DNA of 64,000 nt from Verrucomicrobiota bacterium (GTDB lineage: Bacteria; Verrucomicrobiota; Verrucomicrobiia; Limisphaerales; Palsa-1400), in NCBI GenBank assembly GCA_049510745.1, contig JBEKYR010000015.1:1-64000 (forward strand), read 5' to 3'. The position numbers were made by a program, and so were the translations under genes. The notes under the pieces are model-generated. The model worked only from the letters and a program-made list of their open reading frames with translations, ran no database searches and had not been told where the DNA came from. The stretch's first letter is position 1. Every line of letters begins with the position of its first letter. Positions 17,571 through 27,116 of this stretch are shown in pieces.

Positions 17571-18050
17571 ATGGCCCCGCTGGCATTCACAGACGAGGAG
17601 TTCTCCCAAATCCTGCAAAAAGCCCAGGAACTTTACCCGACCATCGGCGCAATCAGATGCCCGTATTTCGGCGAAAACGTCCATTTCAATGCCCAGGGGC
17701 TAGAACACCTCCGCCGGAAAGCCTGGAACCGGGGCCGTGAACGCTTTGACCAATTCATGCGGCTGAAACACATATCCCGCGCTCCGGAGATCCTACGGCT
17801 GTCGCGCACGGTGCAGGGAATCCAGGCAACCCACGAGTGGGAACGTAGGCGCCGGCACGGCAAATGGGAGAACCTGCTCGTGTTCGTGACGTATTATGAG
17901 TTTATCGCCGTGCTCGACCGGCGGCGATTCAAGGTGATCGTCAAACAACTGCCTGCCGGCGAGCGGATTTTTTGGAGCCTGATTCCATTTTGGCGGCAAT
18001 CAGAGCAGGGAAGACGCCTGATTCACAGCGGCGATCCTGCTGTGGACTGA
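17571..18050 (+). CDS. Hypothetical protein, possible BECR/RelE-like fold nuclease
   Basis: V.FNAQGLEHL...R...DQFMRLK, terminal KVIVKQ....RIFWSLIPFW beta pattern. Confidence 0.5.
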   Translation: MAPLAFTDEEFSQILQKAQELYPTIGAIRCPYFGENVHFNAQGLEHLRRKAWNRGRERFDQFMRLKHISRAPEILRLSRTVQGIQATHEWERRRRHGKWENLLVFVTYYEFIAVLDRRRFKVIVKQLPAGERIFWSLIPFWRQSEQGRRLIHSGDPAVD

Positions 18051-18056
18051 CCGGAC

Positions 18057-18087
18057 AAAAACCACCGGGTTTGCCGGTGGTCTTTGA
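18057..18087. terminator. Hairpin, probable intrinsic terminator
   Basis: CAAAAACCACCGG-GTTTG-CCGGTGGTCTTTG just after the stop. Confidence 0.6.
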
Positions 18088-18490
18088 TGGCACTTGTCTG
18101 CGGTTTACGATAACCGCTGGAGAACAAATGCTCTCACAAGTGCATTATTATATTATCACCGCTAATCCAAAGAATGCAACCGGGAGCATCGCCACACCAC
18201 AAAAGGCGCAAACCTGTCAAGAGCGGCTCTCTAAAGTGTTTCAAAGCCACCACAGACAGACAAAACGGCCAACCACAACTTCACACCGCCTGACGGACAA
18301 ATCCGGATCGACAGACGATTTTGTGCGACCGCCACTGGCGCCCAAAATGCGGCTTAACAGAGCCATTTTCCGACGGTGCGTCGTACAACTTTTATTGTGC
18401 GACGTTCAGAAATGGCTCTGTTGAGCCATTCCCTAATTATCGACGCGTTCGCAATGTCCCTCCGAAGCCGAGATCACAGCGTAAAATCAT

Positions 18491-19564
18491 CTACTTCTCT
18501 TTTGAACCCTTTTCCGTGAGTTGAATCAGTTCGTAATTCTTGTCATACCCTCGCAGTCTTCCGGTCAAGATGCCGAGTTGAATGCAAACACCATCACTCA
18601 TAAGCCGCCAGTTCGTAGCAGCAAGTAGGTTTTCAAGAATCACTTCGATTTCTGAAATGGCTTGTTGCTCCGGCCTGTCCGAGCGCGCGTCTTGGATTGT
18701 GAATGGCACAATGAAAAAGCGTCCAATTTGCGGGGGGCTGAAATCCAAACGAACGAATTGCTTCTCTGCAAGCACGGGACTAAGCATCTGCTCAACCTCT
18801 CTGACAGTAAGCCGCTGGATTTTTGACAGGCGTTCCGCCTGCATCTTTCGCTCATTCTCAGCTTCTTGTTCTTTGAATCTTCGAACATCAAAATCCCATC
18901 CTTGCTTCTCCTTGAGAAATTCTTCGCCTCGTTCGTCGGTGAAACAGTAACGTTCTCGATCCTTGGGAAAGTCCGGGTCGGTTTTCGCGGGTTCTTCCGG
19001 AGAATGAAAATGCTCAGTTTCGACATGGCCGCATTGTACGCATCGCTCTCTCACGACCACGTGGCCGTCTTCTCGCGCAACGCTTCTCGTCATCATGCCT
19101 TTACATATTGGGCAGGGCGCCGTCTTTGGTCGAAGCTCTTCGCCATCCGCAAAAAATGCCCGGCGAGCCTTGCATTGATTCGGACAACTGTAAAAAAACA
19201 ACACTCCTTCTTTCCCAGCAACATCCTCGTAAAGCTCTTTTTCAGTGACTCTCATCTTCGCCCCGCACACCAAGCAATGGACATGCCCAGGCTCCTCAGT
19301 CGTCGTTAGAAGCGTGTCTCTGAATCGATCCTGTCGCATCCGTTCCTCGATTACTCTTTTCTTTTGTTCCCAGCGGTCGCAGGCGAAGCCCTCAACATCA
19401 AAATAAACGGAGATTTTGTAGTAAAACTCCCACATTTTGGGATCGCCTCCCGTTTGAAGCCCTTGATCACGGCTTTTCCGGTGGCTTGCTTCGCGCGCTC
19501 GGCACCACTCTACCGTCTGCCGGTCGTACTCGTCACTGTAATACTGGAAGGGCCTCAGATACAT
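18491..19564 (-). CDS. Hypothetical protein with two CxxC/CxxC Zn-ribbon-like clusters
   Basis: 357-aa ORF; CLVC, CPNQC, CPIC, CVQC. Confidence 0.7.
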   Translation of the reverse strand: MYLRPFQYYSDEYDRQTVEWCRAREASHRKSRDQGLQTGGDPKMWEFYYKISVYFDVEGFACDRWEQKKRVIEERMRQDRFRDTLLTTTEEPGHVHCLVCGAKMRVTEKELYEDVAGKEGVLFFYSCPNQCKARRAFFADGEELRPKTAPCPICKGMMTRSVAREDGHVVVRERCVQCGHVETEHFHSPEEPAKTDPDFPKDRERYCFTDERGEEFLKEKQGWDFDVRRFKEQEAENERKMQAERLSKIQRLTVREVEQMLSPVLAEKQFVRLDFSPPQIGRFFIVPFTIQDARSDRPEQQAISEIEVILENLLAATNWRLMSDGVCIQLGILTGRLRGYDKNYELIQLTEKGSKEK

Positions 19565-19619
19565 GCACTGGCCGGATTCTTAACGATTTACGATCTTTTT
19601 GCACGTCGCCATTTCACAT

Positions 19620-20090
19620 AGCCGTGATCACGGTGTATGGACGACTCGTGTCCTTTACCAATGCCAACGAGGGGCTACATACATGGTATGTAGGGGCGCG
19701 GATCGCGCCGGCGACCGACGGGTGGCTCAACCGAGCCATACGACGTCCCCAACGTGTCGTCGGCTATCGCCCGACTTCGCGCTTTTTCCAGTAGGCTATC
19801 GGGATTCGTTCCGCCTAACCGGCGTCTCTCACCAAAAAGCGCGAAGTCGGCCGCTCCAGTCTATCGTACTGTAGCCGTCGACACGTTGGGGGGACGGGTT
19901 CATAAAGAGTCCTATCGGACACACGAGAGCGGGCGAATTCGCCCGACGACTCCGCGCGACTGCGCGGAGCAGGAGACGACGGGTTCCATCCGCTCGAATC
20001 CTCGCTCAAGCTGGAAAAAGCGCCGCGCCGGCTTCGGCCCGTGTCGCCAATCCACAGCAGCCGCGCGCAGCGCGACGACTTCCCGTGTTA
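19620..20090. other. Non-coding multi-hairpin structured element
   Basis: Nested inverted repeats incl. perfect 17-bp pair 19771-19787/19834-19850; see findings. Confidence 0.7.
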
Positions 20091-20283
20091 ATATGAGGGT
20101 CTTCGGGTTTCAGACTCAGCCGCCATTACCCCGTTGGCTCGCACCCAACAGCGTTTGCCAATGGTTCCCTTCCGGGAACAGCCAAACAAACGCCTGACAC
20201 TGGTGCGGCGTTTCTTTGGCCGAAAATTCAACTGACACGGGGAATTTTCGGCATGGCCGGGAGTGGCGGCTGAATCTGCAATC

Positions 20284-20736
20284 ATGAACGACGACACCAT
20301 CCTCATCGGCACGCGCCAGGGCTGGGGCCAGCAACTCCCCTTTGGAATTCAAATTTCAGAGTTGCGCCATCACGTTTATGTGATCGGAAAAACCGGGAGC
20401 GGCAAAACCACCCTCCTGCGGAACTCGATCATCCAGCTCATCGCCCTTGGCCACGGTGTCGGATTCATTGATCCCCACGGGGATATGGCGGAGGAACTTT
20501 TGCACCACATCCCCTCCTGGCGCGCCGACCATCTGGTCTATTTCAATCCGGCTGACCTCGACTTCCCTATCGGATTGAATCTGCTGGCCAATGTCTCCCC
20601 AGACGAGCGGCATCTTGTGGCGTCGGGGATTGTCGGCGCGTTCAAGAGCATTTGGCACGACTCCTGGGGGCCGAGAATGGAATACATCCTCCACAATGCG
20701 ATTGCGGCGCTGTTGGAATGGGCGCTGGCCGGGTAA
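20284..20736 (+). pseudogene. VirD4/HerA-like type IV coupling ATPase, N-terminal fragment
   Basis: RHHVYVIGKTGSGKTTLL, FIDPHGD, SWGPRMEYIL; similarity stops at ~20718. Confidence 0.85.
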
Positions 20737-21148
20737 TCCTCCAGACGGCACGCCAAAATACAAGTTGCCCACCGGGTTCAGGAAAGGGTTGGAACTGTTC
20801 AACCTCGACCGGGCCGTCAAGGAGCCGCTGGACAAACCGCTGGTGATCGTTGAGGGCTTCTTTGACGCCATCAAGCTTCACCAGAACGGTTGCCGCAAGG
20901 TCGTTGCCCTCATGGGCAGCAGCCTGTCTGCCGGCCAGGAGGAATTGATCCGCAAAAACACCAACGGCCAAAGCCAAGTCATCGTCATGCTCGACGAAGA
21001 CGACGCCGGCCGGGCCGGGCGCGATGACATCGCCGCCCGCCTCGCCAAGTTCTGTTTCGTCAAGATGCATCAGTTCGAGAAACCCGGCACCCAGCCAGAG
21101 CACCTGTCCGCCGAGGACGTGGCCCAATTGTTTGGAGGTGTCGCGTGA
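20720..21148 (+). pseudogene. DnaG-like primase, C-terminal TOPRIM fragment
   Basis: GR.....PKY, IVEGFFD, VALMGSSLS, MLDEDDAG; Zn-finger N-terminus missing. Confidence 0.85.
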
Positions 21149-21447
21149 AGCGTTACGAAGGACGACGAACCGGCCAGGGCGTTGAGGTCACCGTTGACGG
21201 GCAGCCGCTCAATCCCCGGCTGGACTTGTGGAATCACAGTCCAACCGGGTTCGAGTGGGGCTATGCCGGCAGTGGGCCGGCGCAATTGGCGCTGGCACTG
21301 TTGGCAGATTGTCTCAGCGACGATCAGGAAGCCGTCGAGTGGCATCAAGACTTCAAGTCCGCCGCTGTGGCCGGTTTGCCTCATGCAGGCTGGACACTCA
21401 CAGAACAGGAGATTCAGGAAACCCTCAACGCGTTCGAGAACGAATGA
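21145..21447 (+). CDS. DUF6166-like small protein
   Basis: NHSPTGFEWGYAGSGPAQLALALL. Confidence 0.75.
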   Translation: MKRYEGRRTGQGVEVTVDGQPLNPRLDLWNHSPTGFEWGYAGSGPAQLALALLADCLSDDQEAVEWHQDFKSAAVAGLPHAGWTLTEQEIQETLNAFENE

Positions 21448-21540
21448 AGGAGGTTCATCATGGATGTTCACTGTTCCGCCTGTGGCGATTCTGGGAGACG
21501 ACGAGGACGGCATCGCCGCCACGATGGAGGATTTTGGGTT

Positions 21541-21828
21541 ATGAACATACGAAACCCTTCCCTTGCGAAGTTTCCCCTGGGCCAAATCGTTGCCACGCCG
21601 AACGCGCTCACAAGGCTTGCCCAGGACGACATCCTGGCAGCCATTCAGCGGCACCAGGCCGGCGATTGGGGCGACGTGCCGGAGGAGGACCGCCAGGAGA
21701 ACGAATTGTCCCTGCAACAGGGCTTTCGCCTTCTTTCGGCGTATCGCTCCGCCCAAGGAGTCAAATTCTGGATCATCACAGAATCCGACCGAAGTGCCAC
21801 GACGGTTTTGCTCCCGGAAGACTATTGA
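21541..21828 (+). CDS. Conserved plasmid/ICE-associated small protein
   Basis: FPLGQIVATPNA...RH..GDWG...EN......RLLSAY...FWIITE.DRS.TTVLLPEDY. Confidence 0.8.
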   Translation: MNIRNPSLAKFPLGQIVATPNALTRLAQDDILAAIQRHQAGDWGDVPEEDRQENELSLQQGFRLLSAYRSAQGVKFWIITESDRSATTVLLPEDY

Positions 21829-21835
21829 AATCACG

Positions 21836-21862
21836 CCTCCCCCAACGGGGAGGTTTTTATTT
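21836..21862 (+). terminator. Rho-independent terminator
   Basis: CCTCCCC-AAC-GGGGAGG followed by TTTTTATTT. Confidence 0.8.
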
Positions 21863-21989
21863 GGGTTTGAGTCCGATCCGCGGAACGTGACTTGGGAATT
21901 CCCACAACGCCTCGACGGAATACTGGCTTTACTTTTTTACCAACCTATGAAAATCTCACCGTCATGAAACGGCGCGACTTTTTGACGAA

Positions 21990-22610
21990 ATGGGGAAGGA
22001 TGACATGAAAAAGGGAGAACACTATTCCGTTCTTAAGAACGCGGGTTTACCAATTCCCATTTACGGTGTGTTCGATTCGTCCTGTCTGACTGATAACGTC
22101 AGAAAATCCGAGTTGCGAAATTGCGTCGAACGCATTCTGGCAGAGGGTAGCGGCCTCATTGGGGTTAGAACTGAACCGAAGGAGCGCCAATCGGCTTTGG
22201 GAGATTATCCGCATTACATGCCGCTTCGTACTTTTGAAGAAGTAATCGAGGCGATCAAACGCAATGAGCGTGAGTGGTCACAGGATCGTTGGTGGTATTT
22301 GGTCAACGAGGCTTTTTTGGATTACGAATGGAACGCCGTCGTAAAACTAACGCAGGAGGGTCCTCTTCCGGGTCATTGGAAATTGGACGGAGAAGTTAAT
22401 GTGACGGACAATCTTCCGTTGCGACCGGCCCTAGCAAATGCGGTTAATTTGATTCGGGCAAACAAATGGACCGGAATCGATTCTGCTCAGGTGCGAAGGT
22501 ATATTCTCCGGTCAGGATTGCTTGAGAAATGGCTGGAGATTTCCAAGGTGCGCACACCGAAAGGGCCACGTCTGGTCTTCTGGGGAATGCGTGGCACGGA
22601 TCAAAAATAA
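21990..22610 (+). CDS. Hypothetical protein, possible minimal ATP-grasp (PPDK_N-like)
   Basis: KG....L..AGLPIP, LIGVRTE, terminal LEIS....RLVFWGMR recall PPDK/PEP-synthase nucleotide-binding motifs; weak. Confidence 0.45.
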   Translation: MGKDDMKKGEHYSVLKNAGLPIPIYGVFDSSCLTDNVRKSELRNCVERILAEGSGLIGVRTEPKERQSALGDYPHYMPLRTFEEVIEAIKRNEREWSQDRWWYLVNEAFLDYEWNAVVKLTQEGPLPGHWKLDGEVNVTDNLPLRPALANAVNLIRANKWTGIDSAQVRRYILRSGLLEKWLEISKVRTPKGPRLVFWGMRGTDQK

Positions 22611-22620
22611 AAGGTCGTCG

Positions 22621-23679
22621 ATGGAAGTGTTGACCAAATTGTTCCCCGTAAAACCCACCAAGGTTTACGAGACATTCTGGAAGTTTGCCGCTGAACGGCA
22701 GGAAATTTTTTTTCGTAGGTTTCGGGGTGAGTCTCCTCCCTGGACGAGGGACGTGATTCTGGCCGAACACAAATTCACCAATGCGTATCGTGCTTCTGAC
22801 CGCGTCAGTCAGCACTTAATAAGGAACGTGATCTATCAGGGAGACCAGGCACCGAAGGAAGTGTTTTTCCGATGCATGCTTTTTAAGATTTTCAATCGCG
22901 TGAGCACGTGGAAACTTTTAGAGGCAGAGCTTGGTGAGGTTCGTTATTCAACGTATTCTTTCAGCCACTATAACGACATTTTGACACGCGCGATGCAGCG
23001 CGGGGAACGGATTTTTTCTGCCGCGTATATCATGCCTTCCCACGCAGCGGGATTTAGCGCTACCTTTAAGCATCGGAATTATTTAGCCCTTCTGGAGAAA
23101 ATGATAACGGATGAAGTTCCATCCCGGCTGCTTGATTTGAAGTCTATGGCCAGCGCTTTTGAATTGCTCCGCAGTTATCCCTTAATGGGAAATTTTCTTG
23201 CGTATCAATTTGTGACCGACCTCAATTACAGCAAGATACTGAATTTTTCGGAAATGGATTTTGTGGTTGCCGGGCCGGGTGCAAAGGACGGAATCAGGAA
23301 GTGCTTCACGACGACCAGTGAACATGCTGAAGCCGATCTGATCAGGCTCATTGCAGATCGGCAGACCGAGGAGTTTGATAGGCTGGGGCTGAATTTTCGA
23401 TCTTTGTGGGGCAGGCCGCTCCAGTTAATCGACTGCCAAAATCTGTTTTGTGAAGTCAGCAAGTACGCGCGTTTGGCCCATCCGGAAATTCCAGGCGTCA
23501 GCGGCCGTACGCGGATAAAACAAAAATTCACAAGAAATCCAGAGCTTATTCACTATTGGTTTCCTCCAAAATGGGGCCTCAACGATCTAATTTTAGCAGG
23601 GTCCGAACACGCTCTTACAGAACATTTTCCGAATACTAAGGCCGCCCAGTCTCGACTGTGCCTTGGGTTCAGACCATGA
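22621..23679 (+). CDS. 5-hmdU DNA kinase helical-domain (aGPT-Pplase1 clade) protein
   Basis: ERQ.IF.RR.....PWT.D.IL..HKFTNAYRASDRVSQ, G.FLAYQ..TDLNYS, GPGA.DG, CQNLFCEVSKY. Confidence 0.85.
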   Translation: MEVLTKLFPVKPTKVYETFWKFAAERQEIFFRRFRGESPPWTRDVILAEHKFTNAYRASDRVSQHLIRNVIYQGDQAPKEVFFRCMLFKIFNRVSTWKLLEAELGEVRYSTYSFSHYNDILTRAMQRGERIFSAAYIMPSHAAGFSATFKHRNYLALLEKMITDEVPSRLLDLKSMASAFELLRSYPLMGNFLAYQFVTDLNYSKILNFSEMDFVVAGPGAKDGIRKCFTTTSEHAEADLIRLIADRQTEEFDRLGLNFRSLWGRPLQLIDCQNLFCEVSKYARLAHPEIPGVSGRTRIKQKFTRNPELIHYWFPPKWGLNDLILAGSEHALTEHFPNTKAAQSRLCLGFRP

Positions 23680-23817
23680 ATTATTCACCGACCACGTTAA
23701 TCCAATGATTTTGAATAACTCAACGACTCGGAATTGTGGACAGTTGGGGTTTGGTGTAAAAGTTTTAGGCACAATGACTTGCGACGGTTTCTCCATTGCG
23801 CGATGCTCTTGGGAGCG

Positions 23818-24897
23818 ATGCATCTCTTTGAAGGAACAACTGCAAATGAAGTCTGGTTAAAGGCCGCCTCGAGATTTGAGAACTCCGAGGGAACGCACGA
23901 GCAGTCGAGCCGCGCCGGTCAAACCAAGGAACTTCTCGGTGCTGCATTTACCATTCACGATCCGCGACAGCGGTGGGTATCGTCCAGGCAGCCTTCAATA
24001 AATCCTGCATTCGCCATTGCCGAGGTTGTGTGGATCGTAAGCGGACGGCGCGATTCTGCGTTTCTCAATTACTGGAATCCGAAGCTTCCGCAGTTCGCAG
24101 GTGGCGGAAAGAATTATCATGGGGCCTACGGGCATCGCATCCGAAAACACTTTGGCTTGGACCAGTTGGAAAGGGCGTATCAGGCCTTGCAACAAAATCC
24201 TGATACCCGCCAAGTGGTCCTCCAAATTTGGGATTCATCCGTGGATTTCCCCATGCCGGATGGTAGTCCGGCAGACCCGGACATTCCGTGCAATGTCTGT
24301 GCTTTTGCCAAAATTAGGAACGGCAAATTGGAGTGGACCCAAATCCTCCGTAGCAATGATTTGTTTCTAGGGGTTCCACACAATTTTGTGCAGTTCACAT
24401 CGCTTCAGGAAATTCTCGCAGCTTGGCTGGGTATTGATGTTGGCTACTACCGCCACGTTGCGGACTGCCTTCACGTTTATGTGCGCGACCAGGAAAATGT
24501 CCAGGACTCGGGGCGGATTACTCCCGAAACAAACACCGACATTTTACGATTCACCAAGGCCGAATCAGACGTTTTCTTTGCAGAGATGAGCAAGCGCATG
24601 GAGCGCATGACAAGCGTGTTGCTGACGCACAGAAAATTGGGGCATTTGGCTCGGGCTGAAAATTTCCCCAAGGAACTTTGCAATTGGCTTTTGGTTGTGG
24701 CTGCGGACTGCGCGCGCAGACACAGATGGATTAATCTTTCCTACGAATTAATGACCGAATGTTCGAATCCAGCTCTGAGACAGTTATGGGAGCGATGGCT
24801 CGCCCGTTGGTGGCGGGTGCGCCAGGAGGAAACCGTTTCCCCCGAGGCGGTCATTTTCGCGCAGCCGTGGTTGCCACTGCGCCTCAATCCCGTTTGA
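23818..24897 (+). CDS. Thymidylate synthase-fold enzyme (dUMP methyl/hydroxymethyltransferase-like)
   Basis: GAYGHR, DQLE, PDTRQ, DIPCN (catalytic Cys), RSNDLFLGVPHN, CLHVY. Confidence 0.88.
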   Translation: MHLFEGTTANEVWLKAASRFENSEGTHEQSSRAGQTKELLGAAFTIHDPRQRWVSSRQPSINPAFAIAEVVWIVSGRRDSAFLNYWNPKLPQFAGGGKNYHGAYGHRIRKHFGLDQLERAYQALQQNPDTRQVVLQIWDSSVDFPMPDGSPADPDIPCNVCAFAKIRNGKLEWTQILRSNDLFLGVPHNFVQFTSLQEILAAWLGIDVGYYRHVADCLHVYVRDQENVQDSGRITPETNTDILRFTKAESDVFFAEMSKRMERMTSVLLTHRKLGHLARAENFPKELCNWLLVVAADCARRHRWINLSYELMTECSNPALRQLWERWLARWWRVRQEETVSPEAVIFAQPWLPLRLNPV

Positions 24898-25516
24898 CAG
24901 TTTTGGTGCGGTCTTCGAGCAACGACTTGGCTCGCGCTATCACCTCTTCTGCTGAAAGGTTGACAGTTGAGACGACGATCGCATTCGGAAAGCATGTAAA
25001 GAGTTGCACGAAGTGGTTTCTTACCCGTTCAAACCAAGTGAGCGGCGGCGTGCGCGATTTCCCCCAACGTTGAAAAACTCGCTGACGCAGCACATCGGCG
25101 GGTGCATCCAACAGCAAAACGGTGCGTGGACACCGCCACTCCTTCAGCTTTTCCTCGATTTTCATCAAGCGCTCCAATAGTGAGGCATATTGCGTCTCGG
25201 TCATTTTGCCGTCCTCCAAAAAAATCCGTGAATATGCCAACACGATCGCTGCCGGGTCTTGGTCCAAAATGAGGGGTGAACGCGAATTGGCACGGCTGAT
25301 GCACCGACCGATACGCCGGAGAAACCATTCTTGATTCGCTGCCGCATTGAAGTCGAGGTTTCCCTGCAGCAAGCCTTTCAGATGTGGATTGCCGTTTGTC
25401 GTTTCAATAAACACTGGATACCTGTTGGAAAGAGCTCTAACGACGGTAGTTTTTCCGACACCGGAGGGACCACAAAGACTCAAAATCGATGCGGTCACAT
25501 TGCTTACTTCGGTCAC
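24884..25516 (-). CDS. P-loop deoxynucleoside/nucleotide kinase
   Basis: GPSGVGKTT, LILDQD, LLDAPADVLRQRVFQR lid region. Confidence 0.78.
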   Translation of the reverse strand: MTEVSNVTASILSLCGPSGVGKTTVVRALSNRYPVFIETTNGNPHLKGLLQGNLDFNAAANQEWFLRRIGRCISRANSRSPLILDQDPAAIVLAYSRIFLEDGKMTETQYASLLERLMKIEEKLKEWRCPRTVLLLDAPADVLRQRVFQRWGKSRTPPLTWFERVRNHFVQLFTCFPNAIVVSTVNLSAEEVIARAKSLLEDRTKTVKRD

Positions 25517-25533
25517 GCCACACCTCGTTTATG

Positions 25534-26292
25534 TCACTTTCGACGGAAAAAACGCCCTAACAAAAGCACAGCAATTCCCACAAACAACGCCGTGAAAATG
25601 ATCAGTGCCCCAACACCTATCCTATCCGCCTTCTCTCCGAACCAATGATCGAACATGGCGGCCACCAATCCAATAATCAACGGGAATATAACAACAACCC
25701 CAATAATCTTCATCCTGTCAACGCTTTCTTCGATGCTCTTAAGTCGCGCATGCAAAGTTTCAGGAGAGTGGCGGGGTTTCGACATTCGATCACGATCTTC
25801 GGTTGTAAATCCAGATTGGTCCCTGTGCGTTCCACCCTTGTGATCTTCATCCTCTGCATCCAGAGTCGCAAACCAAATGAGAAAGCATGGTTCAAGAAAG
25901 TTGAGATGAACATCCTCGCCACTCGCATTGTAAACCGAGAACTTAATATGGCCAGGAAACCCAGGATCGACCTGAAAACCGGAAATGTTAATGAGCCCTT
26001 TAAACTTAACGCCGCCCTTCAGGGATATAAAGGCAATCACGTTCGGTGGAATGTTCACGCACTCCTCGCTGAACAGGAGCGCGAACTGTCCCGGTGGGAT
26101 TCTAAGGGCCTCCTCAGTAACGGAGCGTAACCCGGTTGTTGACTCGTCCGGCGTAATGAGAATCTTCCGGCTGAGAGATAATTCATAAGCCCCACGGTTA
26201 ACACGATTCTTGTCATAGGGCCAAATCAGAGGAAGATTCTTGTGTTTTGTTTCATCCAGCTTGTGTTTGATAGTTTGGGTTGACCAGAACAT
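25534..26292 (-). CDS. dCTP deaminase/dUTPase-fold protein fused to two C-terminal TM helices
   Basis: YELSL, IPPGQFALL..EE, VDPGFPG; hydrophobic IIGVVVIFPLIIGLVAAMF and IGVGALIIFTALFVGIAVLLLG. Confidence 0.8.
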   Translation of the reverse strand: MFWSTQTIKHKLDETKHKNLPLIWPYDKNRVNRGAYELSLSRKILITPDESTTGLRSVTEEALRIPPGQFALLFSEECVNIPPNVIAFISLKGGVKFKGLINISGFQVDPGFPGHIKFSVYNASGEDVHLNFLEPCFLIWFATLDAEDEDHKGGTHRDQSGFTTEDRDRMSKPRHSPETLHARLKSIEESVDRMKIIGVVVIFPLIIGLVAAMFDHWFGEKADRIGVGALIIFTALFVGIAVLLLGRFFRRK

Positions 26293-26313
26293 ATTATAAT
26301 GCTGTTTGAGGGT

Positions 26314-27111
26314 TCATTTCACGAGCGAATTTTTACGCAGTCCGAGGCATTTGTCGAGCATGTTTGTCACGTCCCTTTTCCCGATCCCCTCTTTATCCAA
26401 AACCGCCATTGTGGAGTGGCAAACAAACTCTGCCGCCTCGATGCCAGCTTCATGGGCAACGAAGTCCTGAAGCATGGCGAGGCCATAAAAGTTGCCGAGG
26501 GCGCGTTCAAGGTAATAGTGGGAGCGGTAAAGGGCAGTTAACAAAAGGCTCTTATCGCCTTTCAGCTTGAAGCTGAGGTGACTCAGACAAGGTCCGCCCA
26601 TGTGAAAACCCTTGTCCGTGACAGGATCATAAATCGGAATATCGAGGAACGGTTCAATCAGATTCAGTTCATAAACTGCGCGTTTTGGCGCACGGACTGC
26701 GACTTGGTGACGAAGTTTATTGATGAGGTATTCTAATGGATTGATTTCACTGCCGTCATTGTCTGTTCTGGTGGTCATTCGCATGAAGTACGTCCCCCAT
26801 TTCGTGTCCTCATGATCTTCCAGCATCGGCGTAATCTTGCGGTACCGCTCGAAAAGGCTGGATGCTCCGTGTGTTGCATATAATGAGGCCGGGAAGATTG
26901 TGTTTATGATGGTGCTGACGGAATGCTTGCCGTTGGATACCAGAAAGTCATTTACCTCGAAGGATATCTGCTTATCGACTTCGGAAAGGCTCATGGGGCG
27001 CGTGATCTCGAGGACCACATTATAATCTCGCCACTCGTCCTGGCTGCGAAGATGCTCGGTTGCCGTCAACCACCCTTCGGTGCAGGATTCAGCTCTGATG
27101 ATCTCTCTCAT
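26314..27111 (-). CDS. Divergent thymidylate synthase-fold protein
   Basis: GTYFMRM, GGPCLSHLSF, LTALYRSHYY, ALGNFYGLAMLQDFVA. Confidence 0.72.
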   Translation of the reverse strand: MREIIRAESCTEGWLTATEHLRSQDEWRDYNVVLEITRPMSLSEVDKQISFEVNDFLVSNGKHSVSTIINTIFPASLYATHGASSLFERYRKITPMLEDHEDTKWGTYFMRMTTRTDNDGSEINPLEYLINKLRHQVAVRAPKRAVYELNLIEPFLDIPIYDPVTDKGFHMGGPCLSHLSFKLKGDKSLLLTALYRSHYYLERALGNFYGLAMLQDFVAHEAGIEAAEFVCHSTMAVLDKEGIGKRDVTNMLDKCLGLRKNSLVK

Positions 27112-27116
27112 AATTG

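Noticed and set aside
19620..20090. Retron msr/msd
   Set aside because: No reverse transcriptase in the window
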